The notes under the pieces were generated by a model. It was not told the DNA's origin. It saw only the letters and a program-made list of their open reading frames with translations, and searched no databases. From contig CALOCG010000031.1 in the NCBI GenBank assembly GCA_942491805.1, forward strand, positions 20,514 to 84,513: 64,000 nucleotides of DNA, given 5' to 3'. Origin of the DNA: Nitrospinota bacterium (GTDB lineage Bacteria > Nitrospinota_A > UBA7883 > JADGGD01). Shown piece after piece: positions 17,848 to 26,960 of the stretch. Both the position numbers and the translations under genes were made by a program. Every line of letters starts with the position of its first letter. The stretch's first letter is position 1.

Positions 17848-18669
17848 TCATCGACGCCGCGCGGATGATCGGCGGTTATTTCTTTTTAGTCGCCTTTTTC
17901 GCCGACTTCTTGGCGACCGGATTTTTAGTGGCCGGTTTCTTGACCGCTGGTTTCTTGGCGACAGTCTTTTTGGCCGTCGGCTTTTTCGCCGCAGGCTTTT
18001 TGCCCACCGGTTTCTTTTTCGCGGCGACCTTCTTAGCGGGGCTCTTCCGCGCCGCCGGTTTCGCTTGCCGCCGAACGGTGGATCGAGAGAAACTCCCCCC
18101 AAGGCGATGACGGTCTTCTCGTTGGCGGCGATCAGTTCGTTGAGCGCGTGGGTCACCGCTTCGCCGATGCTCTCTTCCACCAAGACCATGACCACCCGGC
18201 CGGCCGGGGTGGCGACGCCGGGAATGTTGGGGATGGGGGTACCCTTGTCCTGATGCTGTTTCAACCGTTTCGTGACCATCTCGCCGGTATAGAGCTCCTG
18301 CTCCCGGAAACGGTAGGTAAGGTTGACGTAGTCCCGTTCTTTAAGTTCTTCTTCTTCGGTTGCGGAGACGATGTTCTCCATCCGGGAACCGGTCGGTTTT
18401 TTGCTCCCCTTCTTCATGAGCTTCAGGACTTCGTTGAAAAAGCGTTCCTTTTTCACTTTTTCCGGTAGCATCTCTTGGGGAATCTTCGAGCTGATCTCGA
18501 AGAGATATTCCTCCCCCTCGGTGCGACAAGGGCCGATTTCGTAGGTGACCCCTTTCACCATAAACCGGTCTTTCTTCTTGGCCGCATGACGGCTACGGAA
18601 CCGGTTGCGGACTTCGCCAAGACTTTGGTTAAGATGCTGAAGGAAAAGCTGTTCTTTAAGCTGGCCCAT
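17848..18669 (-). CDS. hypothetical protein; the C-terminal tail is probably Lys/Ala/Pro-rich (histone H1-like) in another frame ending at 17886
   Basis: 273-aa ORF whose last ~70 residues are an implausible Arg/Ser string using AGA/CGA codons. The neighbouring frame reads AKPAARKSPAKKVAAKKKPVGKKPAAKKPTAKKTVAKKPAVKKPATKNPVAKKSAKKATKKK-stop with G/C-ending codons. The junction is at the C6 run 18095-18100. Confidence 0.5.
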   Translation of the reverse strand: MGQLKEQLFLQHLNQSLGEVRNRFRSRHAAKKKDRFMVKGVTYEIGPCRTEGEEYLFEISSKIPQEMLPEKVKKERFFNEVLKLMKKGSKKPTGSRMENIVSATEEEELKERDYVNLTYRFREQELYTGEMVTKRLKQHQDKGTPIPNIPGVATPAGRVVMVLVEESIGEAVTHALNELIAANEKTVIALGGVSLDPPFGGKRNRRRGRAPLRRSPRKRNRWAKSLRRKSRRPKRLSPRNQRSRNRPLKIRSPRSRRKRRLKRNNRRSSARRR

Positions 18670-19280
18670 AGCGCACGGTTTCTAGAGGGGTGGATATAGG
18701 GGATATCTTATACAACGCGTTGCAGAATAGCAGACTCCGGCGAGCCGGTCAACGGGAATCGGGAGAAGGGATGATGGCAATTGAAGACATTACAGGATGT
18801 TATGGGGCGGCGGAGCGTGTGCGCAAAAAAATGACGGCTACGGAGAGGAGATCCGCAACCGTCTTCGCCTTGGTTACCGAACATTCATTTACTTGGTCTT
18901 GCCCTACATAAGAGCGGTGATTCGACCCTGCTTTCATCCGAAGAGACTTCCGGAGCCGGTTGGGCCGTCTCACGCCCTATAATCCAGCATATGCCATGCC
19001 AAATGGGCACATTTTGCAAGTTGTTGAAAATAGATCAATTGTATCGTGGCGTTGAGGGCCGTTTGGGGTTGGCCCTGTCACATTACCGGGCGCCATCTGC
19101 TTCGATTCCGGGCAATTCCAGGTATTGCCTTGTTTATCAGATGCTTGAGGTGGTGATACTTAATCGTGGCGCCCTTCGTCGGCGCCACGAAAACGTATCA
19201 GTTGGTGGTACTGAGGTACCATTCCATCATTCCTCCGTTGCGGTCGGGAATGGTTATGGTATTATTGGCGTTTCAAAATC

Positions 19281-19355
19281 GCCGGTGTAGCTCAGTGGTA
19301 GAGCAATCGATTCGTAATCGATAGGTCGTGAGTTCGACTCTCACCATCGGCTCCA
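19281..19355 (+). tRNA. tRNA-Thr (anticodon CGT), CCA encoded
   Basis: Hand-folded cloverleaf. Acceptor GCCGGTG/CATCGGC (one G-T pair), D arm GCTC-AGTGGTA-GAGC, anticodon arm ATCGA-TTCGTAA-TCGAT, variable loop AGGTC, T arm GTGAG-TTCGACT-CTCAC, discriminator T, then CCA. Confidence 0.95.
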
Positions 19356-19551
19356 TACCTATGCGGTGGGCGAGGTGCGCTACCTCGATTGCTCTCTCCG
19401 CTCCTCATTGAGCCCCCCCGACAGCTCAGTCACCCATAAGGCGTAGCGACGGGAGCTCCTTTCTTTCATGTAGTATGAGCTTAATAAATGACTACGGCGG
19501 ACTGACCTCGCCGGTGTCGTTCTTTCAAGCGTATGTAAGGGGGAACTCTCG

Positions 19552-20991
19552 ATGCTCTCAGGCAAGAAAACCGAAAATCGCCTCAAACGGGATACGAACG
19601 GTACCAGCACCTATGCCACACGATTCTGCGTGGTCCCGGCGCCGACGGATAGAATCCCGGAAGAGGGGCGCCCGGCGGACGCAGCCTATCAACTCATTCA
19701 CGACGAAACGAACTTTGACGGGAATCCCGCTCTCAACTTGGCGAGCTTCGTCACCACCTGGATGGAGCCGGAAGCGGAGAAACTGGTCAACGAAAACATA
19801 AACAAGAACTTCATCGACCATTCCGAATACCCGCAAACGGAAGTACTCCACCACCGCGTGGTGATGATGCTGGCGAACCTCTTTAACGCCCCGCACGATT
19901 CGGATCCGGTGGGGACCGCCACCATCGGCTCGTCCGAAGCGATTCTCTTGGGGCTCCTTGCCCACAAATGGAACTGGCGAAAACGGCGTGAAGCGGAAGG
20001 GAGACCGACCGATAAACCGAACGTCGTTTTCGGCGCCGACGTTCATGTGGTCTGGGACAAGTTCGCCCGCTATTTCGATGTCGAGGCGCGGATCGTGCCG
20101 ATGGAGCGGGATCGGTTCCTCATGAGTGTGGCCGAGACGGAAAAGCTGATCGACGAAAATACGATCGCCGTCGGCGCCGTGTTGGGAACCACCTTTACCG
20201 GTCAGATCGACCCGATCGCCGAGATCAACGACCTGCTGGAACGGTTGCTCGAAGAGAAGGGATGGGACATTCCGCTCCACGTCGATGGCGCCAGCGGCGG
20301 GTTTACCGTCCCGTTTATCGATCCGGCGTTCGTCTGGGATTTTCGTCTCTCCCGGGTGAAATCGATCAACGTGTCGGGCCATAAATACGGCTTGGTCTAT
20401 CCTGGCGTCGGTTGGTTGATCTTTCGGGATCGGGCCGATCTGCCGGAAGATCTTATCTTCCATTGCAACTATTTGGGTGAGTCGATGCCGACCTTCACCC
20501 TCAATTTTTCCCGTGGGAGCAGCATGGTCACCGGGCAATACTACAACTTCATTCGGCTCGGAATGAAGGGGTATACCGATATCATGTCGAACTCGTTACA
20601 GAACGCCCTTTATCTCTACGACCGCATCGCCGAAATGGACCGTTTCGATTTCTTCTGTTCCAAAGAGGAGTTAAAGACGCCGGTGGTCGCTTTCAGATTA
20701 AAAGAGGGGACTTCCTATACCGGCTTCGAACTGGTCGAAAAACTCCGGGAGCGAGGATGGATCATTCCCGCCTACACCCTTCCGCCGAACGCCGATTCGA
20801 TCATCGCTATGCGAGCGGTGATCCGGGAGAATTTCAGTCGCGACATGGCGGAGATCTTGGCCGAGGACATCGAAAAAGCGTGTGTCTGGCTCGATAAGAA
20901 CGGAAGGGTCTCGGAGCCTGAAAAGGCCGACCACCCGGCGGCGCGGATCAAAAAGCTACACAAAGAACGGAAAGGGCATCATATCTGCTGA
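19552..20991 (+). CDS. gadB: glutamate decarboxylase (PLP-dependent)
   Basis: 479 aa. NLASFVTTWMEPEAEKL, NFIDHSEYPQT and the PLP-lysine motif SGHKYGLVYPGVGW are characteristic of bacterial GAD. Confidence 0.95.
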   Translation: MLSGKKTENRLKRDTNGTSTYATRFCVVPAPTDRIPEEGRPADAAYQLIHDETNFDGNPALNLASFVTTWMEPEAEKLVNENINKNFIDHSEYPQTEVLHHRVVMMLANLFNAPHDSDPVGTATIGSSEAILLGLLAHKWNWRKRREAEGRPTDKPNVVFGADVHVVWDKFARYFDVEARIVPMERDRFLMSVAETEKLIDENTIAVGAVLGTTFTGQIDPIAEINDLLERLLEEKGWDIPLHVDGASGGFTVPFIDPAFVWDFRLSRVKSINVSGHKYGLVYPGVGWLIFRDRADLPEDLIFHCNYLGESMPTFTLNFSRGSSMVTGQYYNFIRLGMKGYTDIMSNSLQNALYLYDRIAEMDRFDFFCSKEELKTPVVAFRLKEGTSYTGFELVEKLRERGWIIPAYTLPPNADSIIAMRAVIRENFSRDMAEILAEDIEKACVWLDKNGRVSEPEKADHPAARIKKLHKERKGHHIC

Positions 20992-21067
20992 TCGCCCCTA
21001 CGCGGGGGGCGACGGGCGCTACCGTCACTCAAGAAGAGTCGGCCTCGACAGCTTGAGGTCCGTTCTC

Positions 21068-21898
21068 TCACCCCCGTCGCATCCGGTCGGCTTCGATGAC
21101 CACGGAGCGATAGTCGAGTAACGGCGCTTCGAGTCCGCTCCGCAAGCTGTTGGCGATGACGACGCCGACGTTTCCGGCCAGTTCGGCCATCTCTTCGTCG
21201 GTCAGGTCGAAGGCGAGGAGGATTTCGTCGACCGGGTCGCCGCCGGGGCCGAAGAGGCGCAAGCTCACCTCCACCGGCCCGGTTCGATAAAAGAGCTCGT
21301 CGTTGATCCGGGCGCCGATACCGGAAACGGCCCGGTCGGAGAGGAGCCGGTCGGTCATTTCTTCGATGAAGGAGTCGTCGAGGGAATATTCGCCGAACTC
21401 CCGGTCGAACCGGTCGATCAGTTCGTCGGCGGCTTGGTCGAGCAGGTCGAGAATCTCGGAGAGCCGTTCCCCGGCGTCGGGATCGCAGAGGGGAATGCGA
21501 AAAAGCCCCCGTTCGTGCGGGGTCAGCGCCACCGGTCCGGTGAAGTCGACGAGGGTGGCGTTTCGGATAGCGGGCATCCGCCCCTCTTCGTCCGGGTCGT
21601 AGCCGACCATCTCCCGCTCTTCGCCACCGGAGGTGACGAGCGCTTCGACCTCTTCGACCTCCAGCGGCTCGTGGTCGTTGGCGAATTCGCCGTTGACGTA
21701 GAGGACCGGTCCTCCGTCGTCGAACTCGAGGGCGGCGATGCGGACGACGAACCGGCCCGAGTCGAAAAGGGGTTCTCCCCGGTTTCGCTCGGGGAAAGGG
21801 ACGGCGTGGCGAACGGGCGCGTCATTTTTTTGTTGGCGCAGGTACCAAGCCAGCCCGATGGCGAAGCCGAAAACGGCCCACGTGATCCAGTCATCCAT
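21068..21898 (-). CDS. hypothetical membrane-anchored protein
   Basis: 276 aa with an N-terminal helix WITWAVFGFAIGLAWYL and an acidic soluble remainder. It starts 7 nt after the stop of the sigma-54 activator gene, so it is probably co-transcribed. Confidence 0.5.
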   Translation of the reverse strand: MDDWITWAVFGFAIGLAWYLRQQKNDAPVRHAVPFPERNRGEPLFDSGRFVVRIAALEFDDGGPVLYVNGEFANDHEPLEVEEVEALVTSGGEEREMVGYDPDEEGRMPAIRNATLVDFTGPVALTPHERGLFRIPLCDPDAGERLSEILDLLDQAADELIDRFDREFGEYSLDDSFIEEMTDRLLSDRAVSGIGARINDELFYRTGPVEVSLRLFGPGGDPVDEILLAFDLTDEEMAELAGNVGVVIANSLRSGLEAPLLDYRSVVIEADRMRRG

Positions 21899-21904
21899 AC
21901 GGGA

Positions 21905-23419
21905 TCATTCCTTCCCGATGCCGAGTTCCTTGATGAGCCGGGAGAGATAGGTTCGTTGCACCCCAAGGGCGAGGGCGGTTTTCGAACGGTTCCCTTTATG
22001 TCGTCTCAGGGCGTCGGCCACGAAGACCCGTTTGAAGCTCAGTTGCGCTTCTTTAAGGGTGACCCCCTCCGGCAAAGCGAGCTTGCCCACGGCATCGGCG
22101 GGGGAGGGGGGGCGGTTGTCGACGACTTCGGGAGGGAGATCGTACGGTTTGATCGTCTCCTCCTCGGCCATGATGACCCCCCGTTCGACGGCGTTGTGGA
22201 GTTGGCGCACATTACCGGGCCACGGGTAGGCGACGAGCGCTTCCAAAGTGGCGGGGGCGAGACGGAGACCGGGAATCTTCCGCTCTTTACGTAACGTGTC
22301 GAGAAAGGCTTCGGCCAAGAGGGGGATATCTTCGGGCCTTTCGGCCAACGAGGGGAGATGAATCCGCAAGACGTTGAGCCGATAGAAGAGGTCTTCCCGA
22401 AAGTCTCCCTCCTCCACCTGCGTCTCAAGAGGGCGGTTGGTGGCGGCGATGACCCGGACGTCGACGGTGACCGGTTTTTGTCCTCCCAGCGGCGTAAAGG
22501 TCCCCTCCTGCAACACTCGCAGCAACTTCACCTGCATGGCCGGGGTGGTCTCGCCGATCTCGTCGAGGAAGATCGACCCTCCGTCGGCGGCGGTAAAGAG
22601 GCCGGGGCTGGCCCGGTCGGCGCCGGTGAAGGCGCCCCGTTCGTGGCCGAAGAGCTCCCGTTCCAGCAACGTCTCCGGCAGGGCGCCGCAGTTGATGGTG
22701 ATCAAAGGGGCGTTGGCCCGGTCGGATCGTTCGTGGATCAATCGGGCGAAAAGCTCCTTGCCGACGCCGGACGCGCCGGTGATAAGAACGGTGGAGCGGG
22801 AGGCGGCCGCCTTCAGGCTGGTCTGGATCGCTTCCTGGATGGCGACGGAGTTCCCGACGATGGGGCGGGTCAGGAAAAGCTCCTCCTGCAACTTGGCGAT
22901 CTTGCTGGCGGCTTTGACCAGCGCGCGGCTTTTTTCCAGCGTCATGGCGACCAGGTGGGCCAGCGCCACCAGTTGGTCGAGATCCTTTTCGGTCATCGCC
23001 TGACCGTCGTTCCGATCGACCGCCTCCAACACGCCGATGGTCTTCTCGTCGACGATCAGGGGCGCCGCCGCAATGGAGCGGGGGGTGACGCCGAGCCGGC
23101 GAGCGATTTTGGGGGACCAGCGGGGATCGTGGGCGGCGTCGGCGGCCAAGGTCGGTTCGCCGGTTCTCACCACCCAACCGGCGATTCCTTCACCTTTTTC
23201 GAGCTCGAGTTCTTGGATCGACTCCCCGTCGACCCCGGTGGCTAGATGGAAGAGGAGTCGTCCGCTTTCGGGTTGTTCCAAGAGGAGCGACGCCCCGGCC
23301 ACGTCGAGCAGACGGGGGATGAAACCGACGAGGGAACGGAGGAATCCTTCGTGGTCGGCGACGGCGCCGACCAGTCCGTCGACTTCGTCGCTGTCGGCGT
23401 CGGTGGGAACCGGTTTCAT
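21905..23419 (-). CDS. sigma-54-dependent transcriptional activator (GAF - AAA+ - Fis-type HTH)
   Basis: 504 aa. N-terminal GAF-like domain, Walker A GASGVGKE, GAFTGA loop (ERGAFTGA), C-terminal HTH (KTALALGVQRTYLSRLIKEL). Confidence 0.9.
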   Translation of the reverse strand: MKPVPTDADSDEVDGLVGAVADHEGFLRSLVGFIPRLLDVAGASLLLEQPESGRLLFHLATGVDGESIQELELEKGEGIAGWVVRTGEPTLAADAAHDPRWSPKIARRLGVTPRSIAAAPLIVDEKTIGVLEAVDRNDGQAMTEKDLDQLVALAHLVAMTLEKSRALVKAASKIAKLQEELFLTRPIVGNSVAIQEAIQTSLKAAASRSTVLITGASGVGKELFARLIHERSDRANAPLITINCGALPETLLERELFGHERGAFTGADRASPGLFTAADGGSIFLDEIGETTPAMQVKLLRVLQEGTFTPLGGQKPVTVDVRVIAATNRPLETQVEEGDFREDLFYRLNVLRIHLPSLAERPEDIPLLAEAFLDTLRKERKIPGLRLAPATLEALVAYPWPGNVRQLHNAVERGVIMAEEETIKPYDLPPEVVDNRPPSPADAVGKLALPEGVTLKEAQLSFKRVFVADALRRHKGNRSKTALALGVQRTYLSRLIKELGIGKE

Positions 23420-23429
23420 CGTATGATCC

Positions 23430-23549
23430 TAGCAGGTTGTGGAAAAAGCCCCTTCATCTCCTTTTCCCCCCGTCCGCCAAAAAACGCGGTTTTTGGCGGA
23501 CTCCATTTCTCAGTCACGCGTCGTTCCTGAAAAACGCCGGTACCTCCCC
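23430..23549 (+). repeat. intergenic ~119-nt repeat element, copy A (central hairpin 23472-23501)
   Basis: TAGCAGGTTGTGGAAAAAGCCCCTTCATCTCC...GTCCGCCAAAAAacgcggTTTTTGGCGGAC...TCAGTCACGCGTCGTTCCTGAAAAACGCCGGTAC aligns almost base for base with 34498..34616. Confidence 0.8.
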
Positions 23550-23643
23550 GTACCGGCATAACAGGGCGTCGGAAACAGTTTTTCAAAACCCTGCCCGAGA
23601 GGATGATTTTGACTCGTCCCCCATCATACCCCACCCCGGCGAT

Positions 23644-24586
23644 TTATAACCCGGCGTTACGGAGGGATTGGGCCGCTTCTTTCTGGTCGTCGGTCGGCGT
23701 CGGCGGAACGGTGACCGCCAGCCGGATGTAGAGATCCCCTTTGCCGTTCGTCCCCAGTTTCGGCGCCCCGGCGTTTTTGATCCGCATCTTTCGGGTCGGG
23801 TCGGCCCCGGCGGCCACTTTCAAGGTCCGGGGGCCGTCGAGGGTGGGGGCTTCGATCTCCCCGCCGAGGAGCAGGGTCGAGTAGGGGGCCGGAACGGTAA
23901 CCGTCAGGTCTGCGCCGTTCCGTTCGAAGGTCGGGTCGGTCGGAACCGAGACGATGAAATAGAGATCGCCCGCGCCCGCCGGGCCGGGTTGACCTTGTCC
24001 TTTGAGCCGAAGTTTCTTCCCACTCTCGATCCCGGCCGGGATCGTGACCGAGACCGTTTTCTTTCCCTGTCCCGTCGAGAGGGAGACATCACGTTTCCCC
24101 CCTTTCATCGCTTCCATGAAGGGGACCGTCAGCGTCGCTTCGATATCGCCCCCTTTTTGCGGCGCTCTCTGGCGCGGATCGAACCCGGCCCCGCCGAAGG
24201 GGTTCCCCCGTCGGCCCCTGCCCCCCCATATCAAACCGGAACCCCCCTTGCCCCCCACGTCCGCCGCCGAAGAACATGTTGAACAGATCGCCGCTGAAAC
24301 CGAAATCGGAGAAGGTCTGGTGGGCTTGGGCGTCGCGGAAGATGTCTTCGGCGTTGTACTGCTGGTGGAACCGGGCGTGCCCATAACGGTCGTAGGCGCC
24401 CTTTTTCTCGTCGTCGGAGAGGACCGCATAGGCCTCGCTTATCTCTTTAAACTTCTTCTCCGCCTCGTCGTCTCCCGGATTTTTGTCGGGGTGATACTTC
24501 TTGGCCATGTTCCGGTAGGCCTTTTTGATTTCGGCCTTGCTGGCGTCCTTTGCGACGCCGAGGAGGGTGTAGTAATCGTTTGCCAT
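23644..24586 (-). pseudogene. cbpA: CbpA/DnaJ-like J-domain co-chaperone (no zinc finger), frame interrupted once (possible artefact)
   Basis: The J domain ([11 protein letters not shown]...KKYHPDKN) and G/F region are in ORF 24089..24658. The DnaJ C-terminal domains ([21 protein letters not shown]...GDLYFIVSV...GDLYIRLAV) are in ORF 23644..24429. Sense switches at the C7 run 24221-24227. Confidence 0.85.
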
Positions 24587-24672
24587 AGTTCTCTTCGTGT
24601 TGTGCCCCGGACATCGGGCTACCCAAGACCATATGAGATGGCCGCCATAAAAAAGCAACCTCGCCGGGGAGA

Positions 24673-25872
24673 TTATCTGCGTGACGAAGACATCTTCGCC
24701 AAGAACTCGACGATGGCGTTGGCGGCTCTGGTGGAAGCCCCCCTCTCGCCGAGCGCCCGATGGATCGCTTCGAGCTTCACCCTCTGCTCTCCCCGTTTCG
24801 CCGGTGAGCGGAGATACGACAAGGCGACCTCGGCCACTTTCTCCGGCGTCGCCTCCCCTTGGAGGAGCTCCGGCATCACTTCTTCTTTGGCGATAAGGTT
24901 CGGCAACCCGGCGTATTTCACATGGATCAACGCCCGTCCGATGATATACGAGAGACGGTCAACTTTATAGAGAAGCATGGTCGGAGTCTCGGCGATGGTT
25001 GCTTGTAGCGTGGTCGTTCCCGACTTGGCGATCAGAAAATCGCAGGCGTTCATCACCTCCCACGATTTCCCCCGGACCACTCGCGACTCGATCCGGGCCT
25101 TCTTCGCCTCTTCCTCGACCATCGCCGCATCGACCGACTCGGCGCAGGCGATCACCCCTCGCACCGGCAACTCTTTGCGGATACGCTTCATCGCCTCCAG
25201 CATCACCGGCAGGTGTCGCTCCACTTCGCTTCCCCGGGAGCCGGGTAACAGCCCCACCAGCAGTTCCCCCGGACTGGCGCCGAACTCCCGGCGGAGTTCC
25301 TCCCGGTTTTTTAGAGGGGGGAGTTCGTCGAGCAACGGATGGCCGAAGAAGCGGGCGTTTAAACCCCGTCCTTTGTAGAACTCCTCCTCGAAGGGGAGAA
25401 CTACGATCATCATATCGACGAAGCGCTGGACGGTCTTGATCCGATAGCTGCGCCACGCCCAAAACTGAGGGGCCACGTAATAGAAGACCGGTGTCCCCGA
25501 TTCTTCGACCCCTTTGGCGACCCGCAGATTGAAGTCGGGGAAGTCGACCAGCACCACCCCGTCGTAGAGGCCGGTGGCAAGCTTGGCTTTGATCTCTTTG
25601 AGCGCTTTCAGATAAAAACCGAGTCTCCCCAGAGGACCGGCGAAACCGACGGCGGCCATCTCTTTAATGTCGTAGAAGGTGGTTCCGCCGGCGGCGCGAA
25701 ACCGGGGACCGCCGATCCCTTCGACCACCAACCCCGGAATCCGCCGGATCAGTTCGGCGGTCAGCCGTCCGGCGTAAAGATCGCCCGACTCTTCACCGGC
25801 GATCAGCATGATCTTCCGGGCGATCGGCTTTCCGGCCGAAGGGCGGATCAGGTCGTCGAGACCAGGGGGCAT
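24673..25872 (-). CDS. lpxB: lipid-A-disaccharide synthase
   Basis: [22 protein letters not shown] near the N-terminus, with LpxB-like sequence over the full length. The true start may be the internal Met before LIAGE. Confidence 0.9.
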   Translation of the reverse strand: MPPGLDDLIRPSAGKPIARKIMLIAGEESGDLYAGRLTAELIRRIPGLVVEGIGGPRFRAAGGTTFYDIKEMAAVGFAGPLGRLGFYLKALKEIKAKLATGLYDGVVLVDFPDFNLRVAKGVEESGTPVFYYVAPQFWAWRSYRIKTVQRFVDMMIVVLPFEEEFYKGRGLNARFFGHPLLDELPPLKNREELRREFGASPGELLVGLLPGSRGSEVERHLPVMLEAMKRIRKELPVRGVIACAESVDAAMVEEEAKKARIESRVVRGKSWEVMNACDFLIAKSGTTTLQATIAETPTMLLYKVDRLSYIIGRALIHVKYAGLPNLIAKEEVMPELLQGEATPEKVAEVALSYLRSPAKRGEQRVKLEAIHRALGERGASTRAANAIVEFLAKMSSSRR

Positions 25873-26002
25873 CGGTTCACTTTCGGGTAAAGGTAGCTAA
25901 GGGACCCATTCTAGACCAGCCTCAGTGCGGTTACAAAGGGGACTTGTCCCTTTTACTCCCGAATGGATCATTTCATATCGGTCGGCGGGGGTTGTGGGAT
26001 TG

Positions 26003-26018
26003 TGGCGCCACAATTGCT
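26003..26018 (+). promoter_or_regulatory. candidate sigma-54 (-24/-12) promoter, embedded in a perfect 16-bp palindrome
   Basis: TGGCGC-cacaa-TTGCT compared with consensus TGGCAC-N5-TTGCW. The invariant GG and GC are at the correct 12-nt register. It lies ~170 nt upstream of the lipoprotein operon start (26187). The palindrome ATTGTGGCGCCACAAT spans 25999-26014. Confidence 0.5.
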
Positions 26019-26186
26019 GTTATCTATCGCAAGCCTCGTGGTGGGGTCGGGACGTTGACGCTCTCTTCGTGAAAGGGGGATAAACGGCCCATCGGAACAA
26101 AAATAGAGGGGTATTGGGTGGTGGCGGCGTCAAAGGGTTGGCGTCAAAGAAGATGCTACCGGCGCCAATTTCCTTCGCCTGCGACA

Positions 26187-26807
26187 ATGGAGCCTACCGT
26201 GAAACGATCGGGCGTCCCCCTTATCGGGTTGGTGATTTTCTTGCTGATGGGTGGTTGCACCTCGCTTACCCGCCTGCAAGAAGAACATGACGCGGGTGGT
26301 CCCGCACAAGCGTTCAATAAGGAGATACAAGTCATCGCCATCGAGATGGTCAACCGGCTGCGGGAGTTCGATCCGACCGACGAGACCGTGGCGGTGACGA
26401 CTTTCGTCGATCTCGACAACTTCGACGAGACCAGTTCCTTTGGCCGCTATGTGGCGGAAGACCTCGGCATGGAGCTTTTTAAACTCGGCTTCCGTCTCCG
26501 GGAGATTCGGCAGCGGGTCCAGATCAGCATCACTCCTGAAGTGGGCGAAGTGGCCCTGACCCGCCAAGCTTCGGCTTTGATGCAAAGCGCGCAAGTCGAT
26601 GCGGTGGTCACCGGCGCCTATTCCCGGTTCGGGAATCAGGTGGTGGTCAACGCGCGGCTCATCGACGTCGATACCGGCCGGGTCGTCTCGGCGGGGCAGA
26701 TGGTGGTGGGGGATTATTTCGGCGGCCCCGTAGGAGAGCTGCTTGACAAGGGACAGCCGGGGCGCAGCATCGCCGTGCCGGTGATCGCCACCAAACCGGG
26801 AGCGTAG
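26187..26807 (+). CDS. FlgO/TolB-N-like lipoprotein (one module)
   Basis: Lipobox LLMGGC after the internal ATG 26187. Module signature VAVTTFVDLDNFDETSSFGRYVAEDLGMEL...VDAVVTGAYSRFGNQVVVNARLID. Confidence 0.55.
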   Translation: MEPTVKRSGVPLIGLVIFLLMGGCTSLTRLQEEHDAGGPAQAFNKEIQVIAIEMVNRLREFDPTDETVAVTTFVDLDNFDETSSFGRYVAEDLGMELFKLGFRLREIRQRVQISITPEVGEVALTRQASALMQSAQVDAVVTGAYSRFGNQVVVNARLIDVDTGRVVSAGQMVVGDYFGGPVGELLDKGQPGRSIAVPVIATKPGA

Positions 26808-26960
26808 CATGGTGTTGAAAAACGTTTTCGAAGCAGGCTCCGGCAAGAGAAAGCAGGGAGAAACCGGAGCGTATATGGAAATGCGTGAGGATTGCGATCC
26901 TGATTTCGATACTCCGGAACCAACGCAGATAGTTTTTCAGCGCCATGATAGGAGAACGCC

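Noticed and set aside
17649-18110. 153-aa plus-strand Phe/Leu/Ala/Gly-rich ORF that looks like a membrane protein
   Set aside because: It is the codon-for-codon reverse complement of the Lys/Ala/Pro-rich tail on the minus strand, and its upstream part is antisense to the prfB leader. It is a mirror artefact.
18991-19290. 99-aa ORF ending inside tRNA-Thr
   Set aside because: It runs into the tRNA gene, has no RBS or family resemblance, and lies in AT-richer non-coding DNA.
19558-20538. 326-aa minus-strand ORF
   Set aside because: Antisense to glutamate decarboxylase, which is unambiguous.
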